Part shown: piece by piece, positions 37,967 through 47,527 of the stretch
How positions within the stretch are numbered: position 1 is the first letter of the stretch
Layout: each line of letters begins with the position of its first letter
From: an uncultured Acidimicrobiales bacterium
GTDB taxonomy: Bacteria; Actinomycetota; Acidimicrobiia; Acidimicrobiales; UBA10347
NCBI GenBank assembly: GCA_963925805.1
Contig: CAWUSE010000004.1
Coordinates: 52,467-116,466, forward strand
Length of the DNA: 64,000 nucleotides
Direction of reading: 5' to 3'
Translations under genes and position numbers: made by a program
Notes under the pieces: generated by a model
What the model was told of the DNA's origin: nothing
What the model saw: only the letters and a program-made list of their open reading frames with translations
The model's database searches: none

Positions 37967-39418
37967 TTGCATCTGATCTTGGGAGACACTGTGAAGACTG
38001 ACTTGCTTATTGGCGGCCAATGGCGCGCTGGCACGACCGGTGAACGAATCGACGTGGTCGACCCGTCGACGGGTGATGTGATCCAATCGGTTGCGTCAGG
38101 TAGCGCCGCTGATGCGACAGCGGCTGTCGATGCCGCAGCGGCAGCGCAACCGGCGTGGGCAGCAACGGCGCCACGGGTGCGATCCGAGATCCTTCGTAAC
38201 TGTTGGCAGACACTTATCGAGCACACCGATGAACTCGCCGACCTGATCGTGAAGGAGAACGGCAAGCCGCGCTCGGACGCCGTCGGCGAAGTCTCCTATG
38301 CCGCAGAGTTCTTCCGTTGGAATGCCGAAGAAACGGTGCGGATCCATGGCTCTATCGGCATGGCCCCTGGTGGCGACAAGCGCATCATTGTGCAGCATCC
38401 ACCAATGGGTGTTGTGGTCATGGTCACGCCCTGGAACTTCCCGGCGGCAATGATCACTCGCAAGCTCGCCCCGGCATTGGGTGCTGGAAACGCTGTTGTG
38501 ATTAAGCCACCGGCCGAGACACCACTAACTGCCTTGAGAGTCGCTGAGTTGTGCGAAGAAGCTGGTGTGCCTGCCGGGCTCATCAATGTTGTGGCCGCCA
38601 AGGATCCAGGGGCGTGGTTCGATGCGGCTGTTGACCATAAGTCGACCCGAATGGTGTCGTTCACCGGCTCGACCGCTGTTGGCCGTATGTTGCTGCGCCG
38701 ATCCGCCGATCGGGTCCTCAAGACGGTCATGGAACTGGGTGGCAACGCCCCATTCATCATCTTCGACGACGCAGATGTTGATGCAGCGGTCGAAGGCGCA
38801 ATGGTTGCCAAGATGCGCCACAGCGCAGAAACCTGCACGGCTGCAAACCGTTTCTATGCCCATATCGATGTGGCCGCGGAGTTCACGGCGAAGCTTGCGG
38901 CCACCATGTCAGAGGTCAAGGTTGGTAACGGCCTGGCCGACGGCGTCGACTGTGGCCCGATGATCACAGCGAAGGCGGTCGAGAACATGCACTCGCTGGT
39001 TCAAGCCGCACTTGCAAATGGCGCAACCACAGAGCTCGGCGGCAAACCAATTGAGGGTCCTGGTTTCTTTTATGAGCCGACTGTGCTCGGCAATGTCGCC
39101 CATCATTCGCCGATCGCTGGTGCAGAGATTTTCGGCCCGATCGCTCCCGTAATTTCTTTTACTGATACCGACCAGATGATCGACGAAGCCAATGACACTG
39201 AGTTGGGGCTGGCCGCATACGTGTACACCGAAGACTTACGGCGCGGTCTGCAGGTTAGTGAGCGATTGCAGAGCGGCATGGTTGGTCTGAATCGCGGTGC
39301 AATGTCTGACCCGGCAGCGCCCTTTGGCGGGATGAAGCAATCAGGTCTTGGTCGAGAAGGCGCCAGCGAAGGAATCTACGAGTTCTGCGAAACTCAGTAC
39401 ATCGCTGCCAATTGGTAA
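37967..39418 (+). CDS. gabD: NAD(P)-dependent succinate-semialdehyde dehydrogenase (ALDH superfamily)
   Basis: ALDH motifs TPWNFP, ELGGNAP, catalytic Cys region AETCTAANR, EEIFGP-like AEIFGP. The true start is more likely GTG 37991 (GGGAGA upstream). Confidence 0.8.
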   Translation: MHLILGDTVKTDLLIGGQWRAGTTGERIDVVDPSTGDVIQSVASGSAADATAAVDAAAAAQPAWAATAPRVRSEILRNCWQTLIEHTDELADLIVKENGKPRSDAVGEVSYAAEFFRWNAEETVRIHGSIGMAPGGDKRIIVQHPPMGVVVMVTPWNFPAAMITRKLAPALGAGNAVVIKPPAETPLTALRVAELCEEAGVPAGLINVVAAKDPGAWFDAAVDHKSTRMVSFTGSTAVGRMLLRRSADRVLKTVMELGGNAPFIIFDDADVDAAVEGAMVAKMRHSAETCTAANRFYAHIDVAAEFTAKLAATMSEVKVGNGLADGVDCGPMITAKAVENMHSLVQAALANGATTELGGKPIEGPGFFYEPTVLGNVAHHSPIAGAEIFGPIAPVISFTDTDQMIDEANDTELGLAAYVYTEDLRRGLQVSERLQSGMVGLNRGAMSDPAAPFGGMKQSGLGREGASEGIYEFCETQYIAANW

Positions 39419-39577
39419 CACCCGCAACCTGACGTAAATAATTGTGTAATCCCTGATGACCTCGAGTGGGGCTGTGGTTCGGTCGCGTCGCAGACGGGGC
39501 GTAGCTGGGGCCCATGAGGATAGGAAATTTTCGTGCCCATTTTCGTGCGACCCATGGACATGCCCTTTTGGGTTGGT

Positions 39578-40303
39578 TTAGGGGATGCCGACCATTTCGG
39601 TTGTTGAGCGGAAGCTGAGTTGGGCCTCGTGGTCGATGAACTGTTCGATGCCGTCGCTCTCGTAAATGTCGAGGTAGGTGCGCAGCGCTTCCTTGTTAGG
39701 GAAGTACAACTCGGCCATGCCGACGTAAGGATCGATTGCGGGCTCGATGCTGTGACTGATTACGTAACGGGATCCACCCACCTGTTCCATGACGTTAGCC
39801 ACGTTGGGCGCATGGATGTTGAGCCAGTGAGCGAAGAGGTCGTCAACGTTTGTGTCGGCCCTGGCGGTCAGCAACGTCGTGACTTTCAGAAAGCCAGAGC
39901 GGGTACATGGGTATGGGTCGTTCAACGTGTTGGGAACATGTGACAGAGTGCCGTCGACGATGACATATTCGGTTGTCGGCCATGCGACATAGGGCTTGGC
40001 CTTTTGTTGGAAAGTATCTCGGGGCTCGGTGCCGTGGGCCTCTGTGGCCCGGGGCAACGGCTTGTCCCACCAGAGTTGAGCGATCCCATCCCACACCTGC
40101 TCACCCGATGGAACCGGGTTGTAGAGCGTCGCTATGTACCTGGTTGCGTGAGGTTGGCCCTTGTCGGCTGCACGATGCTGGCTGGCGATGACGTCGGGCA
40201 TGTGATTGGCGAACCAATTGGCGATGAGCTCCTCACGGGTCGCCTCCGGCCTGCGGCCGATCAGAAACTGCATTTTTGCGCCAGGTGTTGCCGTGATATC
40301 CAT
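39578..40303 (-). CDS. Tandem EthD-like (dimeric alpha/beta-barrel) domain protein
   Basis: Two repeats of the pattern ...R.......E.L...W...H.P.V... (MQFLIGRRPEATREELIANWFANHMPDV and VTTLLTARADTNVDDLFAHWLNIHAPNV). ATG at 40303 with GGAG upstream. Confidence 0.6.
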   Translation of the reverse strand: MDITATPGAKMQFLIGRRPEATREELIANWFANHMPDVIASQHRAADKGQPHATRYIATLYNPVPSGEQVWDGIAQLWWDKPLPRATEAHGTEPRDTFQQKAKPYVAWPTTEYVIVDGTLSHVPNTLNDPYPCTRSGFLKVTTLLTARADTNVDDLFAHWLNIHAPNVANVMEQVGGSRYVISHSIEPAIDPYVGMAELYFPNKEALRTYLDIYESDGIEQFIDHEAQLSFRSTTEMVGIP

Positions 40304-40574
40304 TTTCTCCCCTACTTCTGTCAGATCTTTGCACGAACGGGCGGGCCAGCGTCTTTCGTAGCTGGCATGTCTGCCCTGCTCAACCAGGTCTCGTTGCCCT
40401 GAAGTGCCTCGCCGTTTAGCTGAGTTGGTCATGAGGACTCGTGACTACAGCGACATCTTGCGAGCTGTCAAGGCCGTTGGTCGCAGCGATATCTAGGTCG
40501 GATTGCCCCGACGAACCAACAGCTGGTGGGCCTGAAGCTAGGGACAACGGGTGCTGTGGTGCAGACTGGGGGTC

Positions 40575-41720
40575 ATGGCTGCACCTTTGATGGATCGATA
40601 TCCAGCGATCAGCGACCTGGAAGCGCGTGCCCGCAAGCGGATGCCCTTCTTCAGTTGGGAATACCTGGCGAGTGGCACTGGCGCAGATCAGGCCGTGCAA
40701 CGCAATGAGGACGCACTTGCGGAGATCACGCTGGTGCCCCAGTTACTCAAGGGCGAGTTTGACCCATCGGTCGAGACTGAGCTATTCGGTGTCACCTATT
40801 CGGCTCCCATTGGGATTGCTCCTGTCGGCCTGACTGGCTTGATCTGGCCTGGCGCCGATGCTGCACTCGCAGCTGCTGCTGCAGATCGCCGCATTCCGTA
40901 TTGCATGAGCACGGTGTCAACGACTCGGCCCGAAGATGCCGGACCGGCTTCCGACGGCATGGGCTGGTTCCAGCTCTATCCGCCACGCCAACCCGAGATG
41001 CGCGCCGACCTGATCAGGCGGGCTAGAGAATCAGGCTTCACTACGCTAGTTGTGACGGCCGATGTGCCGGCTCGCAGCCGACGCGAACGTCAGGTCAAAG
41101 CCCAGATTCGCGTTCCTCCTAAGATCGGGCCGAAGTTGTTAGCGCAGTCGGCTATAAACCCGTCTTGGTCCATGGGCGTGCTGCGTAATGGTTTGCCTCG
41201 ATTCCGCACCCTCGAGAAATACGTCGACAAGGCGACCATGCAACACATCGCTGGCTTTGTCGGAGCGAGCCTGGGCGGCACGTTGTCCTACGACTACCTG
41301 TCCGAGGTCCGTGACGAGTGGCGTGGCCCACTCGTCGTCAAGGGCATCCTCGACGCCGATGATGCAGAGCGATGTCTTGATCGCGGGGCCGATGCCATCT
41401 GGGTGTCGAACCATGGTGGGCGTCAACTCGATGGTTCGCTCGCTGCTATCCATGCCCTGCCCGCGATCCTTGAGCGGGTCAACGGCCGGGCGCCAGTGAT
41501 CTTCGATAGTGGTATCCGTTCGGGTCTCGATGTTGCTCGAGCCCTAGCCATGGGTGCCGACTTCGTCTTCGCTGGTCGTGCGTTTTTGTTCGGTGTTGCA
41601 GCACTCGGGAAGCGAGGTGCCGGGCATGCCTACGACGTTCTCGCCGATGAACTCGTCAATGTCATGGCCCAGACGGGGTGTCGTCAACTCAACGAACTGC
41701 CACTGCGTCTACATAGCTAA
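40575..41720 (+). CDS. FMN-dependent alpha-hydroxy-acid dehydrogenase/oxidase (LldD/glycolate-oxidase family)
   Basis: Family motifs [18 protein letters not shown]-like [41 protein letters not shown]. Confidence 0.85.
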   Translation: MAAPLMDRYPAISDLEARARKRMPFFSWEYLASGTGADQAVQRNEDALAEITLVPQLLKGEFDPSVETELFGVTYSAPIGIAPVGLTGLIWPGADAALAAAAADRRIPYCMSTVSTTRPEDAGPASDGMGWFQLYPPRQPEMRADLIRRARESGFTTLVVTADVPARSRRERQVKAQIRVPPKIGPKLLAQSAINPSWSMGVLRNGLPRFRTLEKYVDKATMQHIAGFVGASLGGTLSYDYLSEVRDEWRGPLVVKGILDADDAERCLDRGADAIWVSNHGGRQLDGSLAAIHALPAILERVNGRAPVIFDSGIRSGLDVARALAMGADFVFAGRAFLFGVAALGKRGAGHAYDVLADELVNVMAQTGCRQLNELPLRLHS

Positions 41721-41894
41721 ACCACGCCGTTGCTAATGCAGCGGTGAAGTCACGCTTGGCCCATGGTTGAGATACCGAGGGTGGCTGTCGTCATTCATAT
41801 GGCCAGGAGCCCGAACAAGATTCAGGGAATGCGGCAGCGTCAGCCAGGGCCGTTTTTGGTGAGCCTGGGGGAAATTTGCGAAAGTGAACTGCCT

Positions 41895-44800
41895 CTAGAG
41901 CTCCGCGGCCAGGCCAGCGGGACGTACCTCAACGATGAGGTCGCCGGGCTCGACAGCGGCCGATGGGGGTACGACTACTCGGGTGACGGTGCCACCAATC
42001 GAAACCGAGATTGCTGATTCCATCTTCATGGCTTCGATCACAGCGACCGAATCACCAGCCTCAACTACGTCGCCGGGGGTCACGGTTACGTTGACCACGC
42101 CCCGGAACGGGGCGGGGATATGACCGGGGTTCTGAGGATTAGCTTTTTCGCTCTCAATCACATTGGACGAAACGGCACGGTCGCGCACATCGATGGGACG
42201 GAATTGGCCGTTCAGTCGGAAGACGACGGAGCGGATGCCGTCGTTGTTGGGCTCACCAATGGCTTCGAGCCCAACGAGCACTTTCACGCCTGGGCGAAGT
42301 TCGACGGAGCGATCCTGCTGGTTCAGATCTAGGCCGTACCAGAAGATGCGTGATGGCAGCACGGCCAAATTTCCATAACGAGCGGACTGCTCTTCATGAT
42401 TGGCTGCAGGGCCAGGTAGTAGCAGGCGGTTGAGTACCTTACGGACATCGTCGCCCTGAAGCGCTTCCTCGTCGGCGGGGTCGAGTCCGGCCGGGGTTGG
42501 CGTATAGACGCGGCCAACGAGTGCCCTGGTGCGGAATGGCTCTGGGAAACCCGCCGGCGGGGTGCCAAGCTCACCGTGCAAGAACTTGATGACGCTCTCG
42601 GGAAGGTCGACGGATCCGGGATCGTTCTCAAGTTGCTCGGGTGTCACGCCAGAGGCAACCAGATGCAACGCTAGGTCGCCAACTACCTTGGAACTTGGTG
42701 TCACCTTGATCGGCCGACCGAGGAGCACATTGCATGCTGCGTAGAGATCCTCGACTGCTTCGAATCGATCGCCAAGACCAAGAGCGATTGCTTGTTGGCG
42801 AAGGTTTGACAGCTGCCCGCCGGGAATCTCGTGCTTGTAGACGGTGCCAGTCGGCGATGTCAGGCCAGCTTCGAAGGGCTTGTACAACGCACGCACGGCT
42901 GCCCAGTACGGCTCAAGTTGACCAACAGCGTCGAGTGACAGGCCTGTATCGCGCTCGGTGTGTTCGGTCGCAGCGATAATGGCTGATAGCGACGGTTGGC
43001 TGGTCATGCCAGACAACGGGGGAGCGGCACCGTCGACTGCGTCGACGCCCGCATCGACTGCTGCAACATAGGTAGCGAGTTGGCCACCCGAGGTGTCATG
43101 GCTGTGGAGATGCACGGGCGTGTCAAACCGTTCTCGCAGGGCATCGACCAACTTGCTCGCAGCGGGGGCCCGCAACAGTCCAGCCATGTCCTTGACACAC
43201 AGGATGTGAGCGCCGACCTCGACGAGCTTGTCGGCTACGCCCAAGTAGTAGTCGAGCGTGTACAGATCTTCTCCAGGGTCCGTCATATTACCCGAGTAGC
43301 AGATCGTGCCTTCAGCAACGGCGCCGACTTCGGTGGCAGCTTCGATCGCTGGGCGCATCTGTTCGATGTCGTTGAAGGCATCGAACACGCGGAAGATGTC
43401 CACACCGGTGCGATGGGCCTCGGCGACGAACGTACGAGCGACGATGTCGGGATAGGGCGAATACCCAACGGTGTTGCGCCCACGGATGAGCATCTGCAGG
43501 CAAATGTTGGGTGCTGCTACGCGAAGCGCCTCAAGCCGCTTCCAAGGATCTTCGTGCAGGAACCGCAAGGCCACGTCGAAAGTTGCGCCACCCCAGCATT
43601 CCAAGCTCAGTAGCTGCGGCGACGCATGGGCGATGGCCTCGGCGCCACGGGTCAGATCGATGCTGCGTACTCGAGTAGCCAGAATGGACTGATGCGCATC
43701 GCGCAGGGTCGTGTCGGTGACAGCGAGTGCGGACTGGTTACGCAACGATGCCGCAAAGCCTGCGGGGCCGAGGCGGTCAAGCAGTTGCTTGCTGCCCTCG
43801 GGTGGGGCACCAACAACTTCTGGCAACTTCGTGTGTGGGTCGAGCTCAGTTGGCGCTGGGCCATGGGGGCGATTGACCGTGATGTCGCCTAGATACCGCA
43901 ATAGTCGAGTTGACCGATCGGCACCAACCGACGCGGCGGTAAGTTCAGGGCGCTCATCGATGAAGGTAGTGGTGACGCTGCCTGAGCGGAAGTCGTTGTT
44001 GGCCAGAACAGCCTGAAGGAAGGCCAGATTGGTCGCCACCCCGCGGACCCGGAACTCGGCTAATGACCGCTCTGCTCGTCGGACAGCATCATCGAAGGAT
44101 CGGCCGCGACAGGTCAACTTCACGATGAGTGAGTCAAAGTACGGGGTGATCTCATGACCCACAAAACCGCCACTGCCGTCGAGGCGGACACCGGCACCAC
44201 CGGGTGTGCGGTAGGCGAGCAGGCGTCCTGTGTCGGGCCGGAAGTCATTGGCAGGATCTTCGGCGGTGATACGACACTGCAGAGCGAAGCCCCGCAGCAC
44301 GATCGACTCTTGGTCCAGACCCAGATCAGCGAGCGTCTCGCCCGCTGCGATCCGCAACTGTGCTTCGACGAGGTCAACATCGGTCACTTCTTCGGTGACG
44401 GTGTGCTCGACCTGGATACGAGGGTTCATCTCGATGAACACGTGGCGACCGGCCTTGTCGACCAGGAACTCGATGGTGCCAGCGTTTACATAGTTGATGT
44501 GATGAGCGAACGTGACCGCATCGCTGGTCAGTGCGTCTCGCTGTGCTGCCGTCAGGTTGGGGGCAGGAGCAATCTCGACGACCTTTTGGAAACGCCGCTG
44601 GACCGAACAGTCGCGCTCGTAGAGATGAATGATGTTGCCAGCCGTATCGCCGAGAACCTGGACTTCGATGTGGCGGACGTCGGTCATTGCCTCTTCGAGG
44701 AAGACGGTGTCGTCGCCAAAGGCGCTCAACGATTCACGCATGGCGGCGTCGACGGCCTCGGACAAGTCGGCAGGGTTCTCGACGCGACGCATGCCGCGGC

Positions 44801-45290
44801 CGCCGCCACCTGCGGCTGCCTTGACGAATAGCGGGAAGCCAATCGCTTCACTGAATGCAACTAGATCGCTCTCGGGTGTCAGTGCTGGGGATTGCTGCAG
44901 CACGGGAAGGCCGGCGTCCTCGGCTGCGTCTCGGGCCCGTTGCTTGTTGCCGGTCAGTTCGAGTGCTCGGACCGATGGGCCAACGAACGTGAGGCCAGCC
45001 TGGATGCATGCTTCAGCAAAGTCAGGGCTCTCGCTGAGGAAGCCGTAGCCAGGGTAAATCGCGTCGGCGCCAGCTTCTTTAGCAGCCGCAACGATGGCAG
45101 CCGGGTCGAGGTATGCGCGAACAGGGTGGCCTGGTTCCCCGATCTGATATGCCTCGTCAGCCTTCAAACGGTGCAGGCTGTTGCGGTCCTCGAACGTATG
45201 AATAGCAACCGTTCGGATGTCGAGCTGGTGGGCGGCTCGGAAGGCCCTAATCGCAATCTCGCCACGGTTTGCAACTAGCAATGTTTTCAT
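41895..45290 (-). CDS. pyc: Pyruvate carboxylase (single-chain, biotin-dependent)
   Basis: 1131 aa. Biotin carboxylase N-terminus (KTLLVANRGEIAIRAFRAA), HMGL-like carboxyltransferase domain, and a C-terminal biotinyl domain with EAMKME. Confidence 0.95.
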   Translation of the reverse strand: MKTLLVANRGEIAIRAFRAAHQLDIRTVAIHTFEDRNSLHRLKADEAYQIGEPGHPVRAYLDPAAIVAAAKEAGADAIYPGYGFLSESPDFAEACIQAGLTFVGPSVRALELTGNKQRARDAAEDAGLPVLQQSPALTPESDLVAFSEAIGFPLFVKAAAGGGGRGMRRVENPADLSEAVDAAMRESLSAFGDDTVFLEEAMTDVRHIEVQVLGDTAGNIIHLYERDCSVQRRFQKVVEIAPAPNLTAAQRDALTSDAVTFAHHINYVNAGTIEFLVDKAGRHVFIEMNPRIQVEHTVTEEVTDVDLVEAQLRIAAGETLADLGLDQESIVLRGFALQCRITAEDPANDFRPDTGRLLAYRTPGGAGVRLDGSGGFVGHEITPYFDSLIVKLTCRGRSFDDAVRRAERSLAEFRVRGVATNLAFLQAVLANNDFRSGSVTTTFIDERPELTAASVGADRSTRLLRYLGDITVNRPHGPAPTELDPHTKLPEVVGAPPEGSKQLLDRLGPAGFAASLRNQSALAVTDTTLRDAHQSILATRVRSIDLTRGAEAIAHASPQLLSLECWGGATFDVALRFLHEDPWKRLEALRVAAPNICLQMLIRGRNTVGYSPYPDIVARTFVAEAHRTGVDIFRVFDAFNDIEQMRPAIEAATEVGAVAEGTICYSGNMTDPGEDLYTLDYYLGVADKLVEVGAHILCVKDMAGLLRAPAASKLVDALRERFDTPVHLHSHDTSGGQLATYVAAVDAGVDAVDGAAPPLSGMTSQPSLSAIIAATEHTERDTGLSLDAVGQLEPYWAAVRALYKPFEAGLTSPTGTVYKHEIPGGQLSNLRQQAIALGLGDRFEAVEDLYAACNVLLGRPIKVTPSSKVVGDLALHLVASGVTPEQLENDPGSVDLPESVIKFLHGELGTPPAGFPEPFRTRALVGRVYTPTPAGLDPADEEALQGDDVRKVLNRLLLPGPAANHEEQSARYGNLAVLPSRIFWYGLDLNQQDRSVELRPGVKVLVGLEAIGEPNNDGIRSVVFRLNGQFRPIDVRDRAVSSNVIESEKANPQNPGHIPAPFRGVVNVTVTPGDVVEAGDSVAVIEAMKMESAISVSIGGTVTRVVVPPSAAVEPGDLIVEVRPAGLAAEL

Positions 45291-45468
45291 GTGTGCAGTG
45301 TGGCATTAATCGTGAGGCCTGACGCCAGCTTCGGCGCCGTGATCAATCGCTTCTGACCCTGAACGTGGAATAAGGGTCGGACTCAAGACGGTCGGCTGCT
45401 GGAGTTACCGTGGTTGTAGCAACGGTCAAATCCAAGATGAGCAAGGTGAAACTGGTTTGGGCCTCGAG

Positions 45469-46347
45469 CTAGCTCAGGAGTTGGCGGCCGACGAGCGCTA
45501 GGCCACCAATGAGTGCAATGGTGAGCACTAGCGGGCGGAACCATGGCCGGCTCAGGTGTGGGCGAACCCAGCGGCTCGCGATGAGTCCAGCAACCACGCC
45601 GGGCATCAGCCAGGCGAGCAGCCCAAACTCTTCACGTCCAAAGTTTCCCGTGGTGAGCAGCGTCAAGAAACCGACTGACGTAACCGACAAGATGAGTAAC
45701 GATGCCGTGGGACGCATCATCGACGGTTTCATGTCGGAGTAGACGCAGACGAGCGGGGGGCCGGGCAGCGCTGCTGTTAAGGAAGAGAAGGCGCATACAG
45801 CGCCGGCGACGGTTTCCGAGCGAGGCGTGCGCGACAAGTCCCACCCGGCCAACAACAGTGCGGCGGCCACAGCAGTGAGTGATCCGACCATGATCGCTAG
45901 CAGTTTGTCCGACATCATCTCGAGGACGAGCAATGCGCCGACGACGCCGACAGGCACGCCGTATAGGCCGCGCTTCCAGGCTTGTAAATCAGCTTGGTGG
46001 TACTCGACGAGAACGTGGCGGATGCCGACGACCTGTCCAGCGAGAAGCAGGGGTCCAGGTGCAAAGGCAGGGTCGATAGCTACGAGAGCAGGCGCGGCGA
46101 CCAGACCAAGACCAATGCCGATCGAGCCATGCACGATGGACCCAGCCATAGATAGCCCGATGATGATTGCGATCTCGACGCCCGTCACAATTGCAACGAT
46201 ACTTGGCTTTGGGAGGCAGGTACGACCACTCGTGGCCTCGGACGGGTTGCCAGCTGGACTCGTGCGACGCCTGAGAGCCTTCACCTTTTCATTGGCGTGC
46301 CGTTGCGGTTTTTGCCCTGATGAGTCGTGGGCGGGACGCCCTGACAT
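45469..46347 (-). CDS. TauE/SafE (TSUP) family membrane exporter
   Basis: Polytopic membrane protein. The N-terminal 45-50 aa of the ORF are hydrophilic and may not be translated, so the start is uncertain. Confidence 0.7.
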   Translation of the reverse strand: MSGRPAHDSSGQKPQRHANEKVKALRRRTSPAGNPSEATSGRTCLPKPSIVAIVTGVEIAIIIGLSMAGSIVHGSIGIGLGLVAAPALVAIDPAFAPGPLLLAGQVVGIRHVLVEYHQADLQAWKRGLYGVPVGVVGALLVLEMMSDKLLAIMVGSLTAVAAALLLAGWDLSRTPRSETVAGAVCAFSSLTAALPGPPLVCVYSDMKPSMMRPTASLLILSVTSVGFLTLLTTGNFGREEFGLLAWLMPGVVAGLIASRWVRPHLSRPWFRPLVLTIALIGGLALVGRQLLS

Positions 46348-46429
46348 AGGTAGCGCAACCCCCCCGGGTCCAGCTTCGGCTTGTTGTCGAGATCTGGATC
46401 GTTGACGGGCGTCGCACTAGGTTGTCAGC

Positions 46430-47173
46430 ATGGATTTGGGAATAAGTGGAAAACGGGCTGTTGTGGCCGCGTCAACTTCGGGCCTTGGCCTAGCGACAGC
46501 GGTAGCGCTTGCTGATGCAGGCTGCACTGTTGTCATCAATGGTCGAACCGAAGACCGTTTGGCCGAGACAGTGCCCAAGGTCCGGGGGTCTATCGCTATC
46601 GCTGGGGACATGTCGACACACGCTGGTGCCGAAACGTTCATCGACGCGGCCGCCGAGGCATTGGGCGGCATCGACATTCTTGTCACCAATGCGGGCGGAC
46701 CACCGCGGGGCAACTTCGCTGAGACCGACATAGCGGACTATGCAGCTGCCCTTGAAATGAACCTTGTCTCTATGGCGGCCCTGTGCAAGAAGGTCGTGCC
46801 AGGTATGCAAGCCCAACATTGGGGGCGAATCGTCGCGATCACGTCGAGCTCGGTGCACACACCGATGCCCAATCTGATCTTGTCGAACACCGCCCGATCG
46901 GGACTGACCTCATTGCTGAAGACCCTGGCGCTCGAGGTTGTCGGCGATGGCATCACGGTCAATACCGCTCAACCAGGGTTGCATCTAACTCCTCGAGTGA
47001 CGGAGATCTTGGAGGGCAACCTGGACGACATGGCAGCGATGCAGCCAACGGGCCGTATCGGTGACGCCACCGACTTTGGTCAGGTTGTTGCCTTCTTATG
47101 TTCCGAACAAGCCAACTACATCACCGGCGTCTCGATTCCCGTCGACGGCGGCCGATTCACCCAGCTCCAGTAA
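46430..47173 (+). CDS. Short-chain dehydrogenase/reductase
   Basis: VVAASTSGLGLA cofactor loop, NAGG, and an SDR-length Rossmann fold. Confidence 0.85.
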   Translation: MDLGISGKRAVVAASTSGLGLATAVALADAGCTVVINGRTEDRLAETVPKVRGSIAIAGDMSTHAGAETFIDAAAEALGGIDILVTNAGGPPRGNFAETDIADYAAALEMNLVSMAALCKKVVPGMQAQHWGRIVAITSSSVHTPMPNLILSNTARSGLTSLLKTLALEVVGDGITVNTAQPGLHLTPRVTEILEGNLDDMAAMQPTGRIGDATDFGQVVAFLCSEQANYITGVSIPVDGGRFTQLQ

Positions 47174-47213
47174 CCAGCCGATAGGTGCATCGAAGGTCAG
47201 ACCCTCGATATCT

Positions 47214-47258
47214 ACATCATCTGTGTCAGACACAGATGATGTAAGACACAGATGATGC
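47214..47258. repeat. Perfect 14-bp-arm palindrome plus a third direct copy of the arm
   Basis: ACATCATCTGTGTC-A-GACACAGATGATGT (47214-47242), then AA, then GACACAGATGATG (47245-47257). Located 41 nt after the SDR stop. Could be a terminator hairpin or an operator set. Confidence 0.9.
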
Positions 47259-47527
47259 TGGTCGAAAGACAGGGTGTCGATCGTGTGGTTGATTACTCAG
47301 TTCTTGAGCGGCAAAGCTGTGTCCTAGATTGGGATCAGTGTCCTGTTATGTCGTGCTGAACGTCCATAATTTCGCTGCCGTGACCCTAAACCCTGACCAC
47401 GAACGAACCTGGATCCCTTTTCGCAACAAAGGTGCCTCGGCCGCATCGTTGAACGTATTGGGTGGTGAGTTGTTGGCTTGCGCTGAACAGCGAAGGCATC
47501 TCTGATCTAGGTTGGGGCACTGGGGGT

